From a virus, in IMG/VR virus record IMGVR_UViG_3300021960_000030, positions 1 to 64,000 of that record: a stretch of DNA of 64,000 nucleotides; one strand, written 5' to 3'. The position numbers were made by a program, and so were the translations under genes. Below, piece after piece: positions 1 through 10,600 of the stretch; the first letter of the stretch is position 1; each line of letters opens with the position of its first letter. The notes under the pieces were generated by a model, which was not told the DNA's origin, did no database searches, and worked only from the letters and a program-made list of their open reading frames with translations.

Positions 1-3000
1 AGATTATCTGTGATATTAACAGTGCCACCAGCAGAATCCAGGATCAGGTTACCTGCAGTGGTGCTGATCTCGTTAGCAGCGTCAACGCCGATTTTGATTT
101 GATCAGCGGTGATATCCGTGGAGGTGATTGCATGGTTAAAGGTTACTGTACCATTAACAGTGTGAGCATCGGATCCAGCGTTACCAATAGTGCTATTACC
201 ATTGACCTGCAGAGTACCACCAATGTAGGTGTTACCAGTTCCAGCAGAAACAGTGAATACTGTCTGAACACTAAAGTTACTTTGTGTGGAAAGACCACCA
301 GTTACAGAAACGTTGCCACCAACTGCTACGTCATCAGTAACATTGAGGTCATCGCCCACATATAGATCAAGACCGACGCTAGCGCCACCACCAACGATAA
401 GAGCACCAGAAGCAGAGTTTGTGGCGTTGGTAGTATCAAACAGTTTCAGAGAACCAGCGTCAATGCCAGAGCGAGTGCCATTGAAGACTTCACTGACGTT
501 AGATGCACTGTGATAGAACGCATAGCGCCCTGCAGAATCGTCCCAACCGAAGAAACCGAGACGAGCAGCAGAGTTTGCATAATATCTGAACTCAACACCA
601 CGATCCTTACCATCGTTGCTTGTGGGGGCAGTGTCGCCGCCCAGAGTGACGATAGGATCATCTAGGGTCACAACAGTGCTATTAACTGTTGTAGTCGTAC
701 CATGAACCGTCAGGTTTTGGTTGATGATAACATTCTGATCAACTTCCAGATCGCCATTAACAGTTACGTTATCAGTGAAGGTGGAGACAGCGTTGACTGT
801 CAGAACGTCTGTGTTGACATCACCGATAGTTGTATTGTAACCAGTGATGTTGACTTCGCGGTTGAATGTTGCATCACCGTGAACAAGCAGAGCACCATCA
901 GTAGCGTTACCCTGACCAACACGACCAATAGTAGTGTAACCAGACTCGCCAAGGACAGAGAACTCAACGGTATCCGCAGCACCGACCTTACCAATATAAA
1001 GGTCGTCACCAATGTGCAGGTCTTGGACAATACCAACACCACCCGCAACTCTCAGGTTGGCCGCGGCGTCATCTGCATAAGTGGAGTTCTGAGCATTGCT
1101 AGAACCAAGATATGCATGATACTTAATGTCAACGTTGTTGAGCAGTGAAGGACGTGTGCGGGCAGTGCCAGCATCCTTAACTACAATGCGATCAGCAATG
1201 TAGAGGTCAGTTGCAATGCGGACATCTTTCTCGATGTTAACACCACCAGCGAAGGTAGCGTTACCCTGAGATGTCAGGGAGACATCAGATTCAGAAGAAG
1301 TTGCATCAACAACAATGTTGGTTGTACGCTCAAAGGTATTGAAGTTACCAACGTTCAGTGTACCTTCAATATCGGTATTACCACTTGCAGATGCAACACG
1401 GAATGTCTGTACTGCACCGTTAGTAATAGTGAAGAACTTATTATTAGTATCAAGTGTGATGTCGTCGTGGAAGACGGAATCCTGATCAACATCCAAAGTG
1501 TTGTTGAGGGTTACCGCACCATCGACATCGAGAGTGTTGTTGAAGGTTACTGCACCGTCAACATCGAGTTGACCTTCGGTGTGAACATTACCAGTTGTGT
1601 AATCAACGGTAAACTCTTCAGCAGTGTCATCCATGATGACAAATCTCTTACCAGACTCGGTAGAAGTCTGCTTGAAGATAACATTATCATCGACTTGAGT
1701 CTGACCCCAAGCATACAATGTACCCCAAGTAGTAGTGTCACCAGTATTGCTGTCAACCTTAAACTTGACCAGACTACCAGCAGTGGTAACCAAGAACTCT
1801 TTATTATCTGCACGCAGAGAGAGGTCGTTGTAAATGTGAGTCTCGCCGTCAATAAAGACGCGATCACCAACGTACAGTCTCTCAGAAATACCAGCACCAC
1901 CTGTGACAACCAGAGTACCAGATGTCTTAGAGGTAGAACCAGTGTTAGTTGTTAGTCTGAGGTTACCAGTAATGAGAGGAGCGTCAGTACCAGCAAATAC
2001 TTCGCTTGTGTTAGTCGCGTTGTAGAGGAGGCGATAGCCACCAGTGCCGCTCCAAATGTTAGAATCCGAGTAATCCTCGTCCCATCCGAAGAATCCGACT
2101 CTTGCTTGTGTATCATAGTAGTTGAACTCAATACCTCTATCTTTACCATCATCGACGGTAGGAGCGGTATCGCCACCCAACTTAACGATAACGTCATCGA
2201 TTGTAACAACTGTCGAGTTGACTGTAGTCGTTACACCATCAACAGTCAGGTCACCACGGATACGAACAACACCAGTAACATCGTCATCATCATTAGGATC
2301 GAGGATGAGAGTGGAGTTTGTGGTAGACAGAACATTGTCTTGGAAATGGAAGTCTTCCAGATTGACTCTGTGATCAACATCGGTAACCGAGATTGTGATG
2401 TCCTGATCACAGGTGATGTTCATTGTTGCGTCACCAGCACCAGCGTTGGTAACGTTGATATCGAAGGAGCGATTGCTCGCTTCGTTAACTTCCAACGCGA
2501 GTTCTAGGTTGCCACTGGTACGCTTGATGAACTGGTCTACCTTCGTAACGTCGAGGGTAAGATTACCAGAAAGGGTAGTGTCAAGGTTAATGTCAATAGC
2601 GCCAGTGAAAGAAGAACCACTTGTGGCGCTCCCATTGCCGTTAGGATCATCAGGAGTAATAGCGGGATAGCTATTACCCTGCGACAGGATGGAAGGTTGG
2701 AAGGGATACTCAGCAGTATCGTAGCCAACAACTCTGAAAACAGAACCACCAGTGCGGTTGTTAACGTTAACGTGGTTGATGGTAGTGATGCCATGATATG
2801 CATTATCAGTGGTACGCTCTCTGTCGAGCTCAAAGGTTTCAGTGGTGTTCTGGTCTGTGAACATCAACAGACCGTGGGATTGTAACTGATAGTTTTCTAC
2901 TGCATTCTCAGCGATAGTTACATGACCGCCGATAGTGCTGTTGGTCCCATCCCAAACAGTAACGTTAAAGTCTTCCTGAGCAAACGATGCAAGACCCTTT

Positions 3001-4031
3001 TGCTCAATCTGGGCAGACCAGAGATATCTCCAACCACCTACATCAGAGGCGTCGGTGTGTGTCGGTTCACCCAGACCAGCACCGATATCACGGATTGCTG
3101 CCTGATAAACACGACCATTGGATGCTTCGACAATATCAAATCTGTTATATGCAGTGACATTATCATATGCAGGATAGATAGAACCCTCTGTTGCCGTAGC
3201 AATCGGAATAGTCAGTGCCTGGGTCAGACGACCATAACGGTCAACTGTCAGTTGAGTAGCATTGACTGTCTGGTTGCCGTTACCAGCAATCGAAATCAGA
3301 GAGTTAGACAGGTTGTCGTTGGGGTTGTACTGACCAACAACAACAGGAGTGTCAGCAAGATCAATCAGTGGGTTTGCAGATTGAGCAGTACCGTTAGAAA
3401 CAAGAATACGGGCAACTGCACCAGTGATTGTGCGGTTGACGAGGTTACCAGCACCCTCCCTAGAGATGAAACCGAAACCTGTCATGTTTGCCAACGATGT
3501 CAGGTCGGAGTCCAACGGTTGAGCGTCGGTAATGCCGAACTGAGACAAACTTGTGGGGTTTGATGCGTTGATAATACGACCACGAGAGTCGATTGACAAC
3601 TGAGTGTATGTACCAGTAGCGGACAGGTTGCCAGGATCGTAGTGAGGCAACGATGTCACATAGTTCAGTTCTGCCGTGATGTTGACGTTTGCAGAACCGT
3701 CAAAAGAAGCAGAACCCGACATGTCACCAGCAAGGGTGATAGATCGAGTGTTGGCAAGACGAGTTGCGGTTGCAGCGTTACCAATCAGCGAACCAGTAAT
3801 CGCACCTGCAGAGAAGTTACCGTCAGCATCACGCTTGACGAGTGTGTTCGCGGTGTTCGATTCTGTCTCGATTGGTCGCTCGTATTTCAACGAGTTCCAG
3901 GGTGTAACACCATCACCAATCTTAATACGCGAGGTATCGATCTCGATTCCGAGTTCGCCCTGAGCGAGGATTGGGTTGACGTTTGCCCACTGCTGAGCAC
4001 CGTCACGTCTTAGTTGGATTCTATTTGCCAT
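1..4031 (-). CDS. Long tail fibre/adhesin with N-terminal Mtd_N-like domain; 3' end runs off the window start; absent from the ORF track
   Basis: ATG at 4031 reads MANRIQLRRDGAQQWANVNPILAQGELGIEIDTSRIKIGDGVTPWNSLKY, typical of major-tropism-determinant N-terminal domains of phage fibres. The same frame is open at the window start (TDITADQIKIGVDAANEISTTAGNLILDSAGG). Gly/Thr/Val-rich. Confidence 0.85.
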   Translation of the reverse strand, partial: MANRIQLRRDGAQQWANVNPILAQGELGIEIDTSRIKIGDGVTPWNSLKYERPIETESNTANTLVKRDADGNFSAGAITGSLIGNAATATRLANTRSITLAGDMSGSASFDGSANVNITAELNYVTSLPHYDPGNLSATGTYTQLSIDSRGRIINASNPTSLSQFGITDAQPLDSDLTSLANMTGFGFISREGAGNLVNRTITGAVARILVSNGTAQSANPLIDLADTPVVVGQYNPNDNLSNSLISIAGNGNQTVNATQLTVDRYGRLTQALTIPIATATEGSIYPAYDNVTAYNRFDIVEASNGRVYQAAIRDIGAGLGEPTHTDASDVGGWRYLWSAQIEQKGLASFAQEDFNVTVWDGTNSTIGGHVTIAENAVENYQLQSHGLLMFTDQNTTETFELDRERTTDNAYHGITTINHVNVNNRTGGSVFRVVGYDTAEYPFQPSILSQGNSYPAITPDDPNGNGSATSGSSFTGAIDINLDTTLSGNLTLDVTKVDQFIKRTSGNLELALEVNEASNRSFDINVTNAGAGDATMNITCDQDITISVTDVDHRVNLEDFHFQDNVLSTTNSTLILDPNDDDDVTGVVRIRGDLTVDGVTTTVNSTVVTIDDVIVKLGGDTAPTVDDGKDRGIEFNYYDTQARVGFFGWDEDYSDSNIWSGTGGYRLLYNATNTSEVFAGTDAPLITGNLRLTTNTGSTSKTSGTLVVTGGAGISERLYVGDRVFIDGETHIYNDLSLRADNKEFLVTTAGSLVKFKVDSNTGDTTTWGTLYAWGQTQVDDNVIFKQTSTESGKRFVIMDDTAEEFTVDYTTGNVHTEGQLDVDGAVTFNNTLDVDGAVTLNNTLDVDQDSVFHDDITLDTNNKFFTITNGAVQTFRVASASGNTDIEGTLNVGNFNTFERTTNIVVDATSSESDVSLTSQGNATFAGGVNIEKDVRIATDLYIADRIVVKDAGTARTRPSLLNNVDIKYHAYLGSSNAQNSTYADDAAANLRVAGGVGIVQDLHIGDDLYIGKVGAADTVEFSVLGESGYTTIGRVGQGNATDGALLVHGDATFNREVNITGYNTTIGDVNTDVLTVNAVSTFTDNVTVNGDLEVDQNVIINQNLTVHGTTTTVNSTVVTLDDPIVTLGGDTAPTSNDGKDRGVEFRYYANSAARLGFFGWDDSAGRYAFYHSASNVSEVFNGTRSGIDAGSLKLFDTTNATNSASGALIVGGGASVGLDLYVGDDLNVTDDVAVGGNVSVTGGLSTQSNFSVQTVFTVSAGTGNTYIGGTLQVNGNSTIGNAGSDAHTVNGTVTFNHAITSTDITADQIKIGVDAANEISTTAGNLILDSAGGTVNITDN

Positions 4032-4071
4032 TGCTTATTAAGATAGTGCCAGCGGTACCTTGCCTTCTAGT

Positions 4072-4079
4072 TATTTATG
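4072..4079 (-). promoter_or_regulatory. T4-type late promoter (CATAAATA) for the fibre gene
   Basis: 7/8 match to TATAAATA, about 40 nt upstream of the ATG at 4031 and just after a terminator. Confidence 0.65.
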
Positions 4080-4083
4080 CCAG

Positions 4084-4106
4084 AAAAAAAGAGTCCCGAA
4101 GGACTC
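4084..4106 (-). terminator. Intrinsic terminator with UUCG tetraloop
   Basis: Minus strand GAGTCC-TTCG-GGACTC-TTTTTTT directly after the stop at 4113. Confidence 0.9.
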
Positions 4107-4112
4107 TCTATA

Positions 4113-4325
4113 TCATTCTTCGGGTGTTTCAGTGGATTGTTCACCTTCTGGTTGACCCAAATACTCTAGTGTTTCGATTGCACCAAGCAGTTTCAGTGCT
4201 TGTGCTTCGTTGTTCTTAATCGTCTGAGTAAGTTCTTTGTTCTGATTGATCAGATTTGTATACCGTTCACGAAAGTTAGCGAGCAGTTCAGTCTGGTCCA
4301 TAGTTTCAGTCACTTCAGCGGGCAT
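4113..4325 (-). CDS. Small coiled-coil hypothetical protein (likely start MPAEV at 4325)
   Basis: Heptad-like ELLANFRERYTNLINQNKELTQTIKNNEAQALKLLGAIETLEYL; tightly packed in the operon. Confidence 0.7.
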   Translation of the reverse strand: MPAEVTETMDQTELLANFRERYTNLINQNKELTQTIKNNEAQALKLLGAIETLEYLGQPEGEQSTETPEE

Positions 4326-4575
4326 CGTTGTCCTCCTTTGCAAGTTTCATTAAAAGTTTTTTCATGTATTCGATATCTGATTTTAACGCAGATACGTCAT
4401 TTTGTAAAGAGTCAACTTTGGTTGTTTGAGACTCCCGACGCTTAATAGCATCCATGTATTTAGCATACTCTGTTTTGTCAGTATTGACAATCGCTTTGGA
4501 ATAAGGATCCCGAAAAAGGTTGTCTCTACCTTCAACGGGAATAAATCCTTCTTCGTATGGATCAAGGCTTGACAT
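4315..4575 (-). CDS. Hypothetical protein with C-terminal coiled coil
   Basis: VEGRDNLFRDPYSKAIVNTD motif followed by a coiled coil; lies directly after the DUF4815-type gene. Confidence 0.75.
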   Translation of the reverse strand: MSSLDPYEEGFIPVEGRDNLFRDPYSKAIVNTDKTEYAKYMDAIKRRESQTTKVDSLQNDVSALKSDIEYMKKLLMKLAKEDNDAR

Positions 4576-4638
4576 GATCTAATAATCCTATTAGAATAAC
4601 ACTGTAAGGGTTCAGAAGAACAGCTATAGCTTTAAGTA

Positions 4639-7600
4639 TTAAGTAGCGAGTGCAATCGCTCTCATATCAGCAATAAGCGGAACTCTTGCTTGGTTCTTGG
4701 ACTTCAGCACCAACTTGATTTGGAAGGCGTTGAAGTTCAGACCATTGACCTCATATTCATAATCCTTCCAGAGGAGTTCTTCGGTGGGGGTGTCGTCGTA
4801 AACAATCGTTGACGGGAACGGAACCCAATCCACTTCTTCGGGTCTAGTAGAAGAACCAAAGGTGAACACCTTATAGTAAGGATAGATGAAGGAGTCCCCA
4901 GTTCTTGTAATCTGGAACGACAACTTCAAGGAACGAGACTCGTTAGTGAGTCTTGCAAGACGGGTGAGGTACACCGCGTCATTCTGATCACCAACAGGAT
5001 CGGTAGAGGTGTCAGCAGTGCTATCAATGTTTGCCTGAGAAGGAATAACAGCAGAACCACCTGGCCAGTAGTTGATACGGTTGGATGTAGTAATCAGAGA
5101 GCAACGATCAAGGTCAACCACAGGAGACAAGCTAGTGTTCTTTGTGGAAAGTTGAACTTGCATCGTCAAGGACTTGCTACCTTCCATCTTGTTGTTCTCA
5201 TTGATTTGAGAAGCAATCAATCTGGGAGTTGCGAAACTGTTCACTTCATTGAGAACGATTTCTTCAAAGTCGCCAGTGTTGATGAAAGATGCCTGGTCAA
5301 TGTTTCTTGAACCATCGCCAATCGAAGTTGCCGTAGTAGTATTTACCAAGGCACGAACGGTGGTTTCTGGCAGGTTCATAACCTTCAGTGTCGGGGTAAT
5401 GGTCTCGAACTGTACGTTCTGAGATGCAAAAACACCCTTACCACCGCCACGGATACCGTTGGTTGCAACACTTGCGGTGTGAATCATGTAAGTATCCAAC
5501 CACGGGCAGGAGATCTGCAGGTGTGTCTTGTTCAACTCTGTCAGAGGAATACCGTCAAGGTTGTAACACTCAACGACCGAACCAGCAGGGTGCTCAACAG
5601 CAGCAGTACCATCGGCACCACGACCAGAAGGAGCAACCGTAATAGTTTGACCAGTTGCAGAGATTGCGCTATATGCAATGATCTCATCCCCAATCTTGAT
5701 ATAACCAGGGTTGGTTGTTCCAACAGGTTGGTTATTCAGGATGACGTGGAAGGACAGAGCATCTTGGACAGCAATGTTTGTAGCGTCAGCAGCCAACGTC
5801 GATGTCAAAGTTGTGGGACTTATTTCGGATATGATGCCCTCAACGGTGATGTTGTTGCTGCGCTCATGCATACCATGGTTCTTATGGTATACCAACACTT
5901 CTTTCTCATCACTGTCGTAAGAGGGAGAAGCGGTAGGATACCCTGTACGGGAATCACCACTGTATGTAACACCAGCAGCAACGATTGTTGCAGTAACACC
6001 AGAGGTGTTGGAGATGGTGTCAGCATCAGTAAAGGTACCTAAGCAGAAGTTTGCTTCGATAATGCCCGATCCTTCATCGAAGGAAATCACGGTTGCCTCA
6101 GCGTCACCACCATTAGTGATGACTTGACCCACTTGGAACGCACCATTTTGCACCACAGAAGTAGTGATGGTTACAAGTGACTGAGAAGATTTGAATACGT
6201 TGAAGATGCCACCGCCTTGCTGGAGGAAACCAGTTGCGAATGTTCCTTCAATGTCATTCAGGGTCAATCTTGGGGTAGAACCAGTAGTGTCAAACTCAAC
6301 AATCGTACCTGCAGCATTGGAAGGATCCTGAATCAAACGTGCACCAACGGTAAACGTTTCGGTGAATGTTGGAGGAAGATCGATAATCTGCTTGGGTTTC
6401 AGAGTTTGTATTGGGTTCTCAATCAAGTTGTGAACACCACCATTACCTCTACCCAGTGTGCAGTTGTTGAACACTGCAACACCAGATGTAGGACCAAAGA
6501 TGCAACGGTTAATGCGGAACTTCAGGTCTTCATACTGGTCTGCTGTCCAGGTAGATGCGTTCTGCGACTTGAACAGAACACCAGCATACGGTTGTTCGGA
6601 GATCGTTCTTGTGCCAGAGACATCAACGTCACCCATTCTGGAGATCCAGACCTTATACTCGTTAGAGTCGGACAGGAGAACGAAACAATATTCTGTGGAC
6701 TGCTTAATATAAACAGGTGCACGGAAGATGAACTTGGTTGGAATAGCAGCGTTCTCAGATGTTTCTACCTGTGCAGGGTTCAGTGTGATATCCGAGAAGG
6801 GCAGAATAATGCCAGTCGGATAACCATTCTCCATGGTACGAATCTGCATGGAGATCGGAATGTTGCTGTCCTTGGTTGCAAAGAAAATGTCAACCGAGTT
6901 CAGATACATGCCACCTTCTTCATCCAGAATGAAGGACTGTGCCAGAGGGTCATACCAACCAATCTGGCGTGTCTCAGTTCTGGTAGAGACAACGTTTCTT
7001 GTGCTAGAAACAGTGTCACGAACAATCTCAGCGTTACGAACTGCCAGGATATTTTCCTGAACAGTATTCAGAACACCTCTTGCTTCGTAAGTTGTTTCTG
7101 CAGAAGAGTCAACGGTGCCAGGAAGTTTGCTGTTGTCGGCATTCGTTGTAAAGCGGAAGGTACGAGTACCAGTTGCGAAACGGGGGTTTGCATCCTCGTT
7201 GGGGTTCGGGATGAACAGAGTACCCGCAAGTTCACCAACGTTGTTAGAGATCAAACGACGATCCTTGACGACGGCACGAGCACCAGAGGTTTGACCGACA
7301 AGAACTTCACCAACAGCAATGTTACCGAAGAAGTCGGGGTTTTTGGTTTCTGCCAGAGCATCGGTATCGATGTTCAGAATATCTGTCTGCGATGCATAAG
7401 ATTCAGGCAGAGCAGAAGATGTGCCAGTGTAGGGGTTGAACTGACCACCATCGTTGGGTTGGGCAACCTTCAAACGGCAACCAGATCGAGAACCAATCAC
7501 AGTCTCACCCACAACAAACGGAGTTTCGTTGGTGTTGGGATCTGCAGCAGAGTTCTTCACCAGTTCGATGATCTTCGGCAACATGTAGTTGTTTACATTC

Positions 7601-10600
7601 ACGTTATCGAAGAATGTATAGAAACGAGTGTTGGGTTTCATACGGGAAACCTTGTAACCAACGTTTCTGGAACGAATCCAGGGGACTGCTGTCTGGGACA
7701 GGATGCTGTCGCCCAAAGACTTGCGATCAACACGGGGAACGACACGAGTTCTAATACCCTGACGTGTCTGGTTGTTAACAACACGATATGTGCGACGTTC
7801 GTGCAGGTAGAAAAGACCTTGACGACGTTGACCGTGACCAGCACGACCCAACTGACGACCAACACCATATCTACCAGACTGACTCAGGAAACTGTTTCTA
7901 GATTGTATAGTTTCACCAGTCCAGTTAGTCTGCCAAGAACCCCACTGAATAGGAGCAAAACCATTCTGGTCAATGTTCAGGTCTCTAGCAACTGCAGAGA
8001 AGTCACCTTCAACGTTCTCAACTCGTGCAGGCAGACGCTTGGTATCAATCCAATCGTCAGAAGACGGCAGAAGGTCAATACGACCAATGAATGTAAATAC
8101 GTTGAACGGGTTAACGTTTTCTTGACGAGAAGCATATGGTTGCTCAACGATCATTTCCTCAACATAAGGAAGTGTGAGAACGTTTGCTTCGTGTTTGATG
8201 ACGTTACTGGACTGCTGTTCGTTCCACTCCAGAGCAACGTTAGTTGTATAGTGTGAAGGACGCAGAATACCTTCTCTAAAGTCCAGAGAACACTTGTAGT
8301 CAGGACTCAGAACATCACCAACTGTGTGGTCGGTGAAGTCGTCAACAACATAACCGTTCTTGAATCTGTCAAGACCGTTTGCATCGTAGGACTTGGTGTT
8401 ATCTGCCTGAACTTCAAGCAGAGACAGGGAGGTGTAGTATTCAACCTGTGCTACACGAGCCTCAAGGTCGCCAATGTCCTTCATAGTGAAGCGACGAATC
8501 TGCTCAGGCTTGATGATTACGTCACGCTCTGGATTGTAGACATATGGTTTGAGTTCCATTGTTGCAAGCAACATGGCATTCTCAACCTTGTCGGGAGGCA
8601 AAAGATCATCGCCAGGTTTGCCCTGTGCAACAAAGATTTCGTTGTTGTTACCCAGATAAACGTGATCAAGTCTGGGTTGATACCAGGAGTAGTCAGCACG
8701 GAATGCTGTCTCTACACGCATGATATCGAAGATCGTGGATCCGCCAGCAGCATTATTCTGTGTGGAGAATACACGGGAATCAAAGTCAAGAGAGGTACAG
8801 TTCACATAGTAGGGGTTGCCTACAGTACCAGAACCCTCTGCTTGCTCACCAACTGCAGGACGGAAGTCAATCTGGTCAACCAGGAAGTTGATACTACCGT
8901 CAAGTTTGTAGTTGGGGATTTCTTTGAAAGGAATACCTGTATAAGACTGTGCCGAGAAGTAATCACCAGTTTGTTCATGCAGGAAGTAATCGAAGATGAC
9001 GATCAGTCTTCTTGTCGGAGCAGTGATATTTGGTTCACGAATGAGTTTGGAAACGTCAGTAAAGTGAGAACCTTGCTGAGGATCCAGGTTGAATGAGGTT
9101 GTGATGTTTCTAGCGCCAACAATAACAGAACCATCAGCGTCATCAATCAGTGCTGTCAGAGCAACACCATCATCGTCAAAACCATCAATGATCTCACCAG
9201 GAACAAACTGAATATTGTTCAGGGATACGTTATAGAGGCGAAGGGTGGAGTTTACAAACGAAATCACTCTCGCTCTAGCACCAGATGTACGACCAACGAC
9301 AACAGAACCAACGTCAAAGAAGGTTGCCGAATCAAGGACAACATACGGAATCTGGGCATCTTCATCTGACTCAGACTCATACACAGCATGAATCTTATAG
9401 ACATCGTTCAGACCGAAGGAGATCTCGCTGTCTTCAATACGAGTACCGTACAAGTTACCGTAAGCAAGACCAAACTTCAGAGTATCGTTCTGCTGGTTTG
9501 TCTTGATAACCTTCATGACACGCATCTTGGATGCTGTCTTGATCTTTCTGGAAACGGTATTTTTCGAGACCAGTGCATTCAGGTGTACCGAGGTAACACC
9601 AGACAGACCTTGAATAGTGATTGACTGTCTTTCAGCACCGAAGCTAACTGTCAAGTTCTGTGCATCGTTCTCGATTTCCAAATCGAGGTTTTGACCAACG
9701 GTATAGGAAGAACCAGATTGTGCAGCAACAGTCAGAGTAAAGTCGCCCTCATCAAGAGAACCGAATGCTTCGGACTCAGGAAGGGTAATGGTGATATCAC
9801 CGTTACTTACAACTTTGTTAATGAAAGATCTGTAGACGAAGAATGATTCGTCAGACAGAGAACGCATCGAACGATATGGCAAGTCGATGCTGAGTTCACC
9901 GTTCTGATACGATTTCATTCTCAGATAAGGTCTCAGTCTAATGACTGTGCCTTGTGCATACTCACCATCGGGAATAGATCCCTTAGTCAGTGCGGTATCA
10001 AGTAATGCAGTCTGCTCAGCGTAGTTGAAGATGAAGTTGGAAACTGTAGAAGCAGAGTTTGCTGCTGTTACATCGATTGCTGTTGGATCAACTCTCTTAA
10101 CACGCAGAGTGCTTTCACCTTTTACCGATGTACCAGTTACACGGAGAACTTCACCAGGACGGAGTTCTGTACCGAAGGTGGAACCGTATCCATAGAGAGT
10201 TTGTGTGCCTGCCTGATCAACATCAACGTTGTAGCAGTCAATGCTGTACTGGTCATCAAGGCTAACGTTACAACCAAAGACAACGGCGGAACCTTGGTTC
10301 CTACCAATCATTGATCTGGTGTCTTGGAACTGATAACCAAAGACAGCATCAATCTCTCCAACAACACGACCGTCTCTTGTGACGACTTCGTTATTTGTGA
10401 ATGTACCAGAAACCTGATACAGGGTCACATATTTGCGGCTCTGCTGACTGGTTGCACCTTCATATACATATGCTCTTGCACCAGAAGTACGACCTTGGAT
10501 TACATCGCCAGGTTGCAGTTGGACGTTCGTCTTGAAGTTCATCAAGGTGAACATCTGAATGTCCATCATGTACAGGTTATGGAAGTCTGTACCAAGAGTG

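Noticed and set aside
1-4031. Diversity-generating retroelement suggested by the Mtd_N-like domain
   Set aside because: No reverse transcriptase or TR/VR pair is visible, and Mtd_N alone is a common fibre anchor.
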